Positions 27,887-37,632 of a DNA stretch of 64,000 nt are shown piece after piece. The DNA lies in NCBI GenBank assembly GCA_037481835.1, contig JBBFKW010000011.1, positions 95,163 to 159,162 of the forward strand, given 5' to 3'. The notes below the pieces were generated by a model. The model was not told the origin of the DNA, ran no database searches, and was given only the letters and a program-made list of their open reading frames with translations. Position numbers and translations under genes: made by a program. The DNA is from Desulfosoma sp. (GTDB lineage Bacteria; Desulfobacterota; Syntrophobacteria; Syntrophobacterales; DSM-9756). Every line of letters starts with the position of its first letter. Position 1 is the first letter of the stretch.

Positions 27887-29797
27887 GTGCGATCCGGAAT
27901 ACCTCAACCCCCATACGGAAGCCTCTGCGGGCTGATTTGCCTCGTGCTCCTTGCGGCCATCGTCTGGGCGGTTTCCATTGGCGCCGCATGCGCGCAGGAA
28001 CCCCCGCCCTATGTTCCCGGCGAAATTCTCGTGAAGTTCAAGGACGGGACCTTCGCCCGGCAAGGGGATCGAAGAACCCGGGCCGCTTTGGAAGAGCGGC
28101 GCGTGTTACAGGCTTTGGGCCTGCGCGTGGATCGGCATTGGCCGGAGCTGGGCATTCACCGTGGCAGATTGGAAGCCGGCGTGACGATGGAAGAAGCCTT
28201 GCAAAACCTCCGGTCCCGCCCCGATGTGGAATTCGCCGAACCCAACTACCTCCGCCATAAATTGGAGATTGTGCCCAACGACCCCTATTACGGCGAACAA
28301 TGGGCCTTGGAAAAGATGGGCATGCCCCTGGCGTGGGAGGTGAGCACCGGAAGTGAGGGCATCCTCTTGGCCGTGGTGGACAGCGGCGTGGATTTCGGCC
28401 ATGAAGATCTGGCTGGAAAGATTTGGAAAAATCCCGGCGAAGTGTGCGGAAACGGCTGGGATGACGACCACGACGGGTACGTGGACGACTGCTACGGCGT
28501 CAACGTCATCACGGGCCGGGGCGATCCCATGGACGACGACGGCCACGGGACCCACCTTGCCGGGACCGCCGCCGCGGTGGGCTACAACGGCCGCGGCATG
28601 GCCGGCGTGGATTGGCACACGAAAATCCTTCCCATAAAATTCTTAGGGGAAGGGGGCGGCAATGTGGCCGACTTCGTGGAAGCCGTCTCCTTCGCCAAGG
28701 CGCGGGGCGTTCGGGTCATGAACATGAGCTTCGGGGCTTATTCCTATTCCGAGGCGGAAAAACAGGCCATCGCCGGAGCTCCCAATATCCTTTTCGTGGC
28801 GGCGGCGGGCAACGAACGCTACGACAACGATTTCCATCCCCTTTATCCGGCAAGCTACGACCTTCCCAACCTCATCTCTGTCGCCTCCAGCAACAAGTCG
28901 GACAAACTTTCGGTTTTTTCGAACTACGGGGTCCAAACGGTCCACGTGGCGGCTCCCGGCGAAAACATTCTGGGCACCCTTCCCGGAAACGACTACGACA
29001 ACCTTACGGGAACGTCCATGTCCACGGCCCTCGTCAGCGGTCTGGCCGCACTGATCTTTTCAATGTATCCTTCAGCAACGCCGGCTGCCGTTAAAGGTCG
29101 TATTTTGCGTACAGCGGACCAAAACGACGCCCTTCAAGGCATCCTCTCGAAAGGACGGGTCAATGCCTACCGAGCGCTTGTCGAACCGGTCGCAGGACCC
29201 TACATCTTTCGACTGATCCCCGACAGTGGACCTGCGGGATCTCAGGTCGTCATTCGGGGTTGTTCTTTCGGACGCTCTCCGGGGGCCGTTCGTTTCAGCG
29301 CCAATGTGCCGGCTGAAATTATCTCATGGGCTGACGAGGTCATTGTGGTCAAAGTCCCCGATGGGGCCATTCCTGGAGGTGTGGTTGTACACACAGCCGA
29401 CGGGGCTGAAAGCAACGGGGCTTTCTTCACTGTGACGGCCAAGATTGCGGGAGGGCTGAGATTTGTCTTTCCTGAAATTCGGGCCAATCCGTCCCATGTA
29501 CCCATCCTGGTTCTCAGCAACCCTTCAAAAGATCCGGCACTAGTTCATCTCCGGGTCATCGAAGCCACTTCAAGGACAAAGACGTTGAAAGTTATCCACT
29601 TGGAAGGCTTGGAAAAGTGGATCGAAAACCTGAGCGGTTACGCGCCCCGCCCTGAGCAGTTGCTTATGGTTGACTGCCAGTCTGAAAGCCTCGTGGGAGC
29701 AGCGGTGGTGACATTCAGGGAGGACATGAGAAGTATTTACGTCGCGCCTCTCATTAAGGCGCAGCCGACAGATTTTGAGGAGGTGAGTCCCCGGTGA
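27887..29797 (+). CDS. S8 subtilisin-like serine protease with prodomain, IPT/TIG domain and C-terminal beta domain
   Basis: YVPGEILVKFK, VEFAEPNY, VVDSG, HGTHLAG, AAAGN, GTSMST; IPT-like GSQVVIRG..FG..IISW..I.VKVP; GTG 27887 after AAGGAG. Confidence 0.92.
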   Translation: MRSGIPQPPYGSLCGLICLVLLAAIVWAVSIGAACAQEPPPYVPGEILVKFKDGTFARQGDRRTRAALEERRVLQALGLRVDRHWPELGIHRGRLEAGVTMEEALQNLRSRPDVEFAEPNYLRHKLEIVPNDPYYGEQWALEKMGMPLAWEVSTGSEGILLAVVDSGVDFGHEDLAGKIWKNPGEVCGNGWDDDHDGYVDDCYGVNVITGRGDPMDDDGHGTHLAGTAAAVGYNGRGMAGVDWHTKILPIKFLGEGGGNVADFVEAVSFAKARGVRVMNMSFGAYSYSEAEKQAIAGAPNILFVAAAGNERYDNDFHPLYPASYDLPNLISVASSNKSDKLSVFSNYGVQTVHVAAPGENILGTLPGNDYDNLTGTSMSTALVSGLAALIFSMYPSATPAAVKGRILRTADQNDALQGILSKGRVNAYRALVEPVAGPYIFRLIPDSGPAGSQVVIRGCSFGRSPGAVRFSANVPAEIISWADEVIVVKVPDGAIPGGVVVHTADGAESNGAFFTVTAKIAGGLRFVFPEIRANPSHVPILVLSNPSKDPALVHLRVIEATSRTKTLKVIHLEGLEKWIENLSGYAPRPEQLLMVDCQSESLVGAAVVTFREDMRSIYVAPLIKAQPTDFEEVSPR

Positions 29798-30267
29798 GAC
29801 TGATCGGGTGGTTGGGCTTGGTGAGTTTTCTGCTGGTTTCGTGCGGCGGCCTGCGTTTCGGGGGGCTGTCGCCGGAACAATCCCTGCGTCAAAGGGCCGA
29901 AGCGTATTGGACCGCTCAGAAGAGTAAGAACTGGAAAGAGGTTCGCACCTACGTGGATCCTGAGATTGTCGGGACACTGGATAAATATTTCAAGAGAAGG
30001 GAAGAGTCCCAAAGTTATTCCACCATTGTTTCTGCAGAAATTAAGGATCTGGAGGTTCGAGGGGACACGGGGCGCACGGTCACGGACGTTTCCGCGCAGC
30101 TGACCCATCCCCTGTTGGGCGGTAAAGCCTATATGGTTAAACAGACCGTGGAGGAACGCTGGGTCCGGCGCGGGGGGGTCTGGTACGTGGTGATCGAATC
30201 CCCGAGCCTGGAGGATTTTCTGAAAAAGTTACATTCAAAACCCGGCGATCCAGCTTCGGGGGGCTGA
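29794..30267 (+). CDS. Lipoprotein, NTF2-like features
   Basis: Lipobox LVSC; LRQRAEAYWTA..Y.DP..EERWVRRGGVWY. Confidence 0.75.
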   Translation: MRLIGWLGLVSFLLVSCGGLRFGGLSPEQSLRQRAEAYWTAQKSKNWKEVRTYVDPEIVGTLDKYFKRREESQSYSTIVSAEIKDLEVRGDTGRTVTDVSAQLTHPLLGGKAYMVKQTVEERWVRRGGVWYVVIESPSLEDFLKKLHSKPGDPASGG

Positions 30268-30361
30268 AGAAAGGAGGTGAGAAAGGCCTGAATGGAAGAC
30301 AGATCCTTGGATAAACGGGGGAAAAGCTTTTGGTGAGGTTTTAGAAAACAAAGGAGAAAGA

Positions 30362-30805
30362 ATGATGAGGAAAGTGGCGAGTGTCCTTTTGGTTCTGGCG
30401 ATGGTCCTTGCGGTCGGGATGGCTTATGCCGGAGATGCCAGAGTTCCTATGGAACTGCAAGCGCAATTCGAACAACAAACGGGCACCAAGGCCAGCTACT
30501 ATCTTTGGTTCCCTGTCGTCGCTGAATATCCCAAAGACCTTAATTGGACGAACTTTCTCATTCTGTCAAACTATACCGGTGGGAACATCGTAATTGGATG
30601 TTGGTACACCTCTTTCCAGAGGACTCAAACCCTTCAGACGTACGAACTCGGGAAATTTGAGAAGCTGATTCTGCCCGTCGGGCAAACGGTGGGTTCCAAC
30701 CAAGGCTACGACATCCTGTGCGGATCGGACAACTTCTTCGGTGGAGCCGTTCTCTTGTTTGAAGGGGGTTCTCTGGCCACCTCCATGCCGTGGGTTTACT
30801 TCTAA
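30362..30805 (+). CDS. Small secreted beta-rich protein (putative surface structural subunit)
   Basis: AAGGAG RBS, signal peptide ending AYA, C-terminal PWVYF, own terminator. Confidence 0.8.
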   Translation: MMRKVASVLLVLAMVLAVGMAYAGDARVPMELQAQFEQQTGTKASYYLWFPVVAEYPKDLNWTNFLILSNYTGGNIVIGCWYTSFQRTQTLQTYELGKFEKLILPVGQTVGSNQGYDILCGSDNFFGGAVLLFEGGSLATSMPWVYF

Positions 30806-30857
30806 TCAACAAACAAAAGGTCTCGTGAAGCTGTCTTGAGGCAGGAGTGAGGGGAAT

Positions 30858-30899
30858 GGGTCCCGTGAGCCGGTTTAGATTCACGGGGCCCTTTATTTT
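30858..30899 (+). terminator. Intrinsic terminator
   Basis: GGGTCCCGTGA..TCACGGGGCCC followed by TTTATTTT. Confidence 0.8.
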
Positions 30900-30976
30900 C
30901 CTCGGCGGAAAAGGGCGCGGAATGGCCGTGAAAAACCTTTAGAACTCTTCCCTCGGCAATATTTCGATTTTAGGTA

Positions 30977-31519
30977 TTACGGTTTTTGAAAGAAAAAGAT
31001 GTTGTTCAGGCCCAGCTGAAAGCGCGCATGGCGCTCCAGGGCAAAACCATGACGACGGAATATGGGGGGGATGCGGCGTATATCGAAACGGTGATGTTCT
31101 TCCGCAGATATCCCGTCGGCGAGGCGCAATCCGACAAGAACCTTGAGAATACCGTCCACGGCAGGGTGAGGCACTGTGGCGATGAGGCGACCGCCTTTGC
31201 GCAAGACCCGAAAAGCTTCTGCCGCGAGGGAATCCTTGTCGTCCACATGTTCCAGAACGGCCAGCATCGTGATGACATCCACGGACGCATCGGGCAGGGG
31301 GATTCGGGCACAGGCGCTGCCCCGTAGGAAATGGATTCGGCCTTCCGTGCGGTTCGGGCACAGGGGGTCCAGACAGAACCCGCTCTGGATGCGTTCTTGG
31401 AGAAAATAGAGAAACGAACCATCGTGGCCGCCGATGTCCAACAGCACGCACCGTCGGGGTATATGGGGCGCTACCACGCGATAGCGCCATATGCGGAGCA
31501 ACCGGTCTAGGATTTTCAT
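30977..31519 (-). CDS. Class I SAM methyltransferase
   Basis: LLDIGGHDG, LPDASVDVITMLAVLEHV, RVLRKGGRLIATVP. Confidence 0.85.
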   Translation of the reverse strand: MKILDRLLRIWRYRVVAPHIPRRCVLLDIGGHDGSFLYFLQERIQSGFCLDPLCPNRTEGRIHFLRGSACARIPLPDASVDVITMLAVLEHVDDKDSLAAEAFRVLRKGGRLIATVPHPAVDGILKVLVGLRLADGISAEEHHRFDIRRIPPIFRRHGFALERHARFQLGLNNIFFFQKP

Positions 31520-31567
31520 CGGGTTTCTCGAATGGTCATGACTCCGCTTCGTTCCTATCCGCTTTGG

Positions 31568-32728
31568 TCACCGCGCCTCGATGCGGAACACGGAAAGGAG
31601 AAAAGCTGAGAAAACGACCTGAATCCCGGCAGCCATAAAAAGGCCCGAGGGGACGACCAAGCGCATGACCTGTGACGGGTCCAAGGAGGAGAAGTGCGCG
31701 GACCTCCATACCATGAAAGAATAAAAGGCTCCAGCAAAACCCAGCAAGAACAAAAGCCCACCCAAGGCGATTCCGTACTCGAGCCGTGCTCGAAAAACGG
31801 CGGAAATGGCTTCCGGCTTTACGGGCAGTATGCCCCGCCGATAGGCATATTCTGTAGAGACCAGGTAAAATAAAACGATTTGAAGTCCCAATAGGCACCC
31901 AAAAGCGGCATAGGTCATGGTATGGACATCAAGGACGATCCGGCCGAATTGGAGCGGGCGAACAGCCACCGCAAGAAGCAGCAGTAGACTTACCACTGTC
32001 AAGAAAAGGCCGGGATAGAAGAAGAGCCACTTAGGACTGTAAACTAAAAGAAAACGCAGATGGCGCCACCCGTCTCGCCATGTCCGCAGGTGCGAAGGAC
32101 GCCCCCTGCCGTCGCGGCTGAGCACGGTGGGCACCTCGGCCATGCGCATGCGTCGTAAAGAGGCCTTCACGATCATCTCGCTGGCGAATTCCATGCCGGT
32201 GGTTTTGAGATCCAACGCCTGAACTGCATCTTTGCGAAATCCGCGAAGCCCGCAGTGGAAATCCCCAAGATTGGTTCGGAAGAAAAGATTTCCGAGGTAG
32301 CTGAGAACGGGATTCCCGAGATAGCGATGGATGAAGGGCATGGCCCCTGGTTTGATCCCGCCGAGGAATCGGTTTCCGATGACGAAGTCGTAGCCGCTTC
32401 GGAGCTTTTCGAGAAAAGGTTCCAGATTCAGAAAGTCGTAGGAATCGTCGCTGTCTCCCATGATGATGTAAGTGCCGCGCGCCGCGGCTATGCCTCCTAG
32501 GAGCGCACTGCCGTAACCCTTCTTCTCCACCGAAACGACTCGAGCTCCTAAGGCTTGGGCGATCTGCACGGAATCGTCCGTGCTGCCGTTGTCTGCAACG
32601 ACCACCTCGCCTCGAACTTTGTTTCGACTGAGAAAGCTCTGCGCCTTCTTGATGCACGTGCCCACGGTGCGAGACTCGTTGAGGCACGGCATGACAATGG
32701 AAAGTTCCACTTCTGAGGTGTCCTTCAC
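31568..32728 (-). CDS. DPM-synthase-like GT2 (polyprenyl-phosphate glycosyltransferase) with C-terminal TM helices
   Basis: SIVMPCLNE, ADNGSTD, GYGSAL, MGDSDDSYD, DFHCGLRGF, GMEFASEM, HLRTWRDGWRHLR. Confidence 0.9.
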   Translation of the reverse strand: MKDTSEVELSIVMPCLNESRTVGTCIKKAQSFLSRNKVRGEVVVADNGSTDDSVQIAQALGARVVSVEKKGYGSALLGGIAAARGTYIIMGDSDDSYDFLNLEPFLEKLRSGYDFVIGNRFLGGIKPGAMPFIHRYLGNPVLSYLGNLFFRTNLGDFHCGLRGFRKDAVQALDLKTTGMEFASEMIVKASLRRMRMAEVPTVLSRDGRGRPSHLRTWRDGWRHLRFLLVYSPKWLFFYPGLFLTVVSLLLLLAVAVRPLQFGRIVLDVHTMTYAAFGCLLGLQIVLFYLVSTEYAYRRGILPVKPEAISAVFRARLEYGIALGGLLFLLGFAGAFYSFMVWRSAHFSSLDPSQVMRLVVPSGLFMAAGIQVVFSAFLLSVFRIEAR

Positions 32729-32767
32729 GAAAAGGCTCCTATGACAATCTCATCGACGCGGACTCCA

Positions 32768-35743
32768 TTACCACCTGCCCCCTTCGGAGCTTCGTTCCCG
32801 CTCAAGGTCGGCGAGGGTGCGCTGGGTGCGTTCCCTCACCGGAAAATACGCCGCATCCAGCTTTTTCTGTCTTTCTTCCAAAACGCGAGGATCTTTGGGA
32901 ACCCTATAGAGGGACGTCGTTTTTTCCACGTAAACGAACGTATTCCCGTGGGCGTAGCGTTGCCATAGGTTCCAGTCTTCCAGGTAGTCGATTCCCGTGT
33001 CGAATCCTCCTCTTTCCTCGAAAAGCCGCCGCCGGCACAGGATCGCCTGGATGGGGATGTAGTTGTATTCCTGAAGCAGGTGAGGATCGAAAGGCTGGCG
33101 GTGTTTGTCACGTTGTACATATTCACCTTCCGTCAACGGGCCGTTGAGGCCTCCCGAGGCGGGCACTTCCCATGAGAGGGCGTAGGCCGCCGCAGCGCGG
33201 TCATCGCTCAGGAGCGCTTTCACAAGAGTTTCCACGTGGTCGGCGTAAAGCAGGTCGTCGTCGTCGAGAAATAGAAAGAACTCGCCCTTTGCGGCTCTCA
33301 GCCCCGCATTGCCCGCCTCGGCCCGTCCGACTTTCGGCAAGGGAACGTAGCGCACGGGGAAGGGGCTGCGCTCTGAAAGTTCGTCCACAAGATCCCTGTG
33401 AGACGTTCCACCGTCTTCCACAAGGATCCACTCGATACGCGGGTATGTCTGGTGAAAGACGCTGTAGGCCGTCTGCAGGAGAAGAAGTCGGCGTCCCGCC
33501 ATGGTCCGCGTGATGATGGAAACCAAGGGAAAACCGTTCTCGTGATCGGCGAGATGCAGGTCGCAGAAAGCCCCCTCCCGGCGCCTCTCGTAATCGAAGC
33601 CTCGAAAGGGGAAAATGCCTCGGTGGGAATCGCCAAATCTGGCAAGGAGCAAAGACGGTGCGTGCCGTAGCCAGTCCGTGACAATCTTTTTTGCCAGGAT
33701 ACGCCGCGATCGGGGAAAGGGAGATTGCAAAAAAGGGCCGACTGCCATGAAAAAAACGGCGGCAGCATCCCGAAGGGTTCCGTAGCGCGTGCGTACGAAA
33801 AAATTGGCGGTGATGCTTCCGGTATATTGCGCCGGCTTAATGGCCCCGGGTTCGCTGTAGGCGTAATGAAACACGCGGGCTATGGGGCAGTAGCGCAGAC
33901 GGTGCCCGTGGGCCCGCAGGCGATACGACAGCTCCACATCCTCGCCGTAAAGAAAAATCCTCCGGTCGTAACCTCCCACATCTTCGAAAGCCCGGCGCCG
34001 AAGGAGGATGCAGGCGTGGGAACACCAAGCGGTTTCCCAGGTGACCGGGTCGTAGTGCTTTGGATGTTCGTAAGGAAGTTGACGCAATTCCCACGCCGCC
34101 GTGCGGGGATCGTCCTGGACGGCGACCCCTACGACGCGGCTGATGGCATCCGGCGTGAACCTAAGATCCGGATTACTCACCAGGATGAACGGGGCGTTGC
34201 CGTGAGCGATGGCGGTGTTGTGTCCGACCCCGAAGCCCACATTGGGCGCTTCATGGATTTGAAAATCAAGAAAGGCCTGACCGTTTTGCTTTCGGAATTG
34301 GCGGAGGAGACCCACGGTGTCGTCCCGGGATCCATTGTCCACCACGAGCAGTCGGATTTTCGACAAAGGGTACTGCTGCGTGGAGAGACTTTCTAGAAAG
34401 CCTGGAAGCCACACGGCGCTGTTGAACGTGACCAGGCTGAGATCGATCGGCGGAGGTTCATCGGCCAGGGCTCGACATGTGTAAGGCGCGGGAAGAGGGG
34501 GGTCTCTCAGCCATTCCTCTCGATGGGCGAGCAGAGTTGCGGCGCACCGAGCGTTGTTTGGGGAGTCGAAAAGGCCCGTGAGTCTGGAACGCACCGTGTC
34601 CAAGGTGCGCTGGGCAAAGGAAGCCCAAGTCCGGGTGAGCGGGACTCGAACAAACAAGGACCTGATTTTCTGCCTGAGGGCCGGAAGCCGCCACCGCAGG
34701 GACCGAAGGCTCCGCGCGGTGTTTCGCAAAGGTTCAGTGTAACGCCAGGACCGCGAGTTCAAAACGTCGCGCAGCTGCCCCTCCAATTCGTCGATGCGGC
34801 TCTGCATGACGGATTGAAGGGCGATAACCCTTTCCTCTCCTTGCTTCAGTGCGGCCGCAACCCTTTCCTCTCCATCCTTCGCCACCTCCTGAATCCTTGC
34901 GTGACTTTCCTGCAGCTGCCGGCGAAGCTCGGAAAGGTCCGCTTCGAGCTTTTCGCTCCATTTTTGGGATTGGACCAAGTTGTCGTAAAGAAGGACGGCC
35001 TCCTCCCGAACGGCCCGAATATGACGCTGGGCACTTAGCAAAGCCATGGTGGAGCGTTGAGGCTTTCCCGTCGCCATGAGCAGAATAAGATCGTGGGTTT
35101 CCACGACACAGAAGGCTTCGGCGGCTTTGACGCCGGGCTCCAGCGTATAGGATCGGAACCGATTGAGTCCCTCGATCTGTTCGTGGTACGGCTGTCGGGC
35201 CAGTTGAGTTCGAAAGCAGGTCGAGGCTCGCCGCTTTTTCGCAAGCCACGGGGAAATGTCGAAGAGCACCGTCGGATCCAGCGGCACGCCCACTTCGTAC
35301 ATGGCGACGCGCAAGGGTCGGCGCCGTTCCATCACCACCTGAAGCGCCGCTTCGGCGCAGGCGCGATGATCCCGGTGCATTTCCCAAAGGGAAGGCACAA
35401 AGAGGATGTCCGGCTGGCAGTGCTCCAGCCAGCGCCGAAGGGCGGCTTTCAAAGAGGTCGATTCCAGCAGGAGACCGTCTCGAAAACCGAAAAAGCGGGG
35501 CGGCGGATAGCCGAGAATGCGAGATGCGCGGATGGATTCGTCTCTTCGTTCAATGCGTTCGTCCATGTCGTCTGGACCCGAAGCGACGGCCACATGAATC
35601 CGCACCCCTTGTTCGGCCAGTGCGGCCAACGTCCCCCCGCATCCGAAGACCTCATCGTCGCAGTGAGGCGCAAGCACCGCCGCGTTTCGTACATCAAAAG
35701 TCTTTACAGAAGCATAGGGCGTGAAAAAACTTTCCAAATCCAT
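32768..35743 (-). CDS. Multidomain PIG-L deacetylase + coiled coil + two GT2 domains
   Basis: APHCDDE/HRDH; coiled coil ending SRSWRYTEPLR; VVDNGSRD..SNPD..FLYGEDVE; LVEDG..FLDDDD..EDW; ATG 35743. Confidence 0.85.
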   Translation of the reverse strand: MDLESFFTPYASVKTFDVRNAAVLAPHCDDEVFGCGGTLAALAEQGVRIHVAVASGPDDMDERIERRDESIRASRILGYPPPRFFGFRDGLLLESTSLKAALRRWLEHCQPDILFVPSLWEMHRDHRACAEAALQVVMERRRPLRVAMYEVGVPLDPTVLFDISPWLAKKRRASTCFRTQLARQPYHEQIEGLNRFRSYTLEPGVKAAEAFCVVETHDLILLMATGKPQRSTMALLSAQRHIRAVREEAVLLYDNLVQSQKWSEKLEADLSELRRQLQESHARIQEVAKDGEERVAAALKQGEERVIALQSVMQSRIDELEGQLRDVLNSRSWRYTEPLRNTARSLRSLRWRLPALRQKIRSLFVRVPLTRTWASFAQRTLDTVRSRLTGLFDSPNNARCAATLLAHREEWLRDPPLPAPYTCRALADEPPPIDLSLVTFNSAVWLPGFLESLSTQQYPLSKIRLLVVDNGSRDDTVGLLRQFRKQNGQAFLDFQIHEAPNVGFGVGHNTAIAHGNAPFILVSNPDLRFTPDAISRVVGVAVQDDPRTAAWELRQLPYEHPKHYDPVTWETAWCSHACILLRRRAFEDVGGYDRRIFLYGEDVELSYRLRAHGHRLRYCPIARVFHYAYSEPGAIKPAQYTGSITANFFVRTRYGTLRDAAAVFFMAVGPFLQSPFPRSRRILAKKIVTDWLRHAPSLLLARFGDSHRGIFPFRGFDYERRREGAFCDLHLADHENGFPLVSIITRTMAGRRLLLLQTAYSVFHQTYPRIEWILVEDGGTSHRDLVDELSERSPFPVRYVPLPKVGRAEAGNAGLRAAKGEFFLFLDDDDLLYADHVETLVKALLSDDRAAAAYALSWEVPASGGLNGPLTEGEYVQRDKHRQPFDPHLLQEYNYIPIQAILCRRRLFEERGGFDTGIDYLEDWNLWQRYAHGNTFVYVEKTTSLYRVPKDPRVLEERQKKLDAAYFPVRERTQRTLADLERERSSEGGRW

Positions 35744-35837
35744 CCAGCCGCATCCTTCGGCACGTGAGGGTAAAAGCTGCGCCGCCGTTGAAACTGATTT
35801 CTCGAGAAAACTTAACACGTTGTCGGCACAGCGTTTT

Positions 35838-37625
35838 CTACCAATTGGCCGCTGGGCGGTCAAGGCCATTATGGGACCGGCACCTGGTCAGATCTCTGAG
35901 GCTCGACAAGGTCAATCCGATGTAAATGGCGGTCATGGTAGACAACGGAGCCGTGTAGCGGGGTTCGATTCCCGGAAAGGAGGTGACATGGATGTAGGAG
36001 AGAATAGCCGCGAGCGCGGCGCAGGAGCTGAGAACGGCGATGGCGAATCCCCAAGTTGCGCTTGAAATTGCTTTCCTAAAAAAGATGAGGCTTATCAACA
36101 TATGGGTCGCCAACGAGGCGTAGAAGACCCTCGGATAAACGAACCGAAACAATTGGGCGATTCTGGAAAGAAGGTGAAATCGACGGGATCCTTCCAGCAG
36201 CGATGCGCCATCCCTGGAAGGCATGGGTTCTTCGCGGGTCATCAGGCGGAAAAGGGCGATGGAAGGGGCATCTCCCGTGGAATAAGGCGGCATGAGGTCG
36301 AGCCCTTCCAAGGAGACGCCAAGATGCAGGATCCGAGCGAACATCAGGGCGACGGGTCGCAGATCGTCCCATCGCCACGGCGGGGCGAGGGACGAGCGAT
36401 GCGGCCCGCACGGGATTCTTTTTTCGTCGCACGCGGCGTTGATTTCCAAGGCAAGCTTTTCGTAGTACGCTCGGGCCGCCGGTGCCGATTTATGATGGCC
36501 CGCCGCCGCCGCCGCTTCCCTCAAGGCCCAGACGAACCATGCCCCGTAAATGTCGCAGGGTTCCTTGTCCGCCTTGTCCCAGGCGGCCCGCCATACACCC
36601 GATGCATCGTGGCTTAAGACGAAATCGATTCCCCTTTGGGTTGCCGGGTCCAGGGTTCCCGCCATGGAGGCGCGTTTCAGATAGAAAAGAGCGCAGGTCC
36701 AGACGGAGTCCTCCCGTTCCAAGAACGGGCGCAGTTCCCGGAACGAAGGGCTGGCGTCGTAGAGTTTCATGCGCACATCCCTGGGAACGGGGACAGCCGG
36801 CTTGAAAACCTCGGGTTGCACCCGACTCAATGCCCCGTAAGCGTCTCGAAAGAAACTGGATTTTACTTCCACTGTTTCCCAAATTCCATACCAGGCCTTG
36901 TTGACGGCCGAAACACAACCGATGGTCAGCCCCAGGACCAGCAAAGGGATCACGACGAAAAACGCACTCTTGAAAAGGTCTTTTTTGCGGTCTTCCCCTG
37001 CGCCCAGTCGGCGCCAAAGGAAATGACCGGCCGCCACGGCGTAGAACGGGACGATCCAGACGGATTCTTCCCGGGTCAGCCAAAAACAACCCAGGGTGAG
37101 CCCGAGAAGCACGGCCAACCCCATGCGGCCGCGGCCCCAAGCCTCGCCCTCTTGGAACAAAAGCACCGCCAGGGAGACGACGAGGACGGCCAGGGATTGG
37201 AACACGTATTCCCTGAGCACCATGGCCGTATGAGCGGCGTAACTCGTGGGATGAAACAAGAGGACCATGAACAGAAACAGGGCGCCCACCGAGCCAAGAC
37301 GCCGAGCCAGGGCCCAGGCCGCCGAACCCGCCGAAAGCACGTACAGGGCATGCTGGGTCTTGAGAAGCGGCAGATGCAGGTGATGCGCAGCGGCGATCCA
37401 CAGAGGGTAAAAAGGGCCTTTGACCAGGGTCCTTTCGTCGTAAGGCCCCAGCCATCGGCTGGCGGCGATGGATCGGGCCAGGTCGATGAAAAGACGGGAA
37501 TCGTACCGGGCGTCGCTCAAAGCCGAGAGCTTCTGGTCCTGGAGCAGATAGAACCTCAGGGCGACCGCCCCGAGGGCGGCCAGGCACACGACGATGTTCA
37601 CTGGACGGGAGCTCTTGAGACCCAT
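35838..37625 (-). CDS. Multi-pass membrane protein, GT-C-like glycosyltransferase
   Basis: About 10-12 TM helices, first loop DARYD..LARSI..KGPFYPLW, LTREES, RY near C-terminus. Confidence 0.6.
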   Translation of the reverse strand: MGLKSSRPVNIVVCLAALGAVALRFYLLQDQKLSALSDARYDSRLFIDLARSIAASRWLGPYDERTLVKGPFYPLWIAAAHHLHLPLLKTQHALYVLSAGSAAWALARRLGSVGALFLFMVLLFHPTSYAAHTAMVLREYVFQSLAVLVVSLAVLLFQEGEAWGRGRMGLAVLLGLTLGCFWLTREESVWIVPFYAVAAGHFLWRRLGAGEDRKKDLFKSAFFVVIPLLVLGLTIGCVSAVNKAWYGIWETVEVKSSFFRDAYGALSRVQPEVFKPAVPVPRDVRMKLYDASPSFRELRPFLEREDSVWTCALFYLKRASMAGTLDPATQRGIDFVLSHDASGVWRAAWDKADKEPCDIYGAWFVWALREAAAAAGHHKSAPAARAYYEKLALEINAACDEKRIPCGPHRSSLAPPWRWDDLRPVALMFARILHLGVSLEGLDLMPPYSTGDAPSIALFRLMTREEPMPSRDGASLLEGSRRFHLLSRIAQLFRFVYPRVFYASLATHMLISLIFFRKAISSATWGFAIAVLSSCAALAAILSYIHVTSFPGIEPRYTAPLSTMTAIYIGLTLSSLRDLTRCRSHNGLDRPAANW

Positions 37626-37632
37626 GAGGCGG

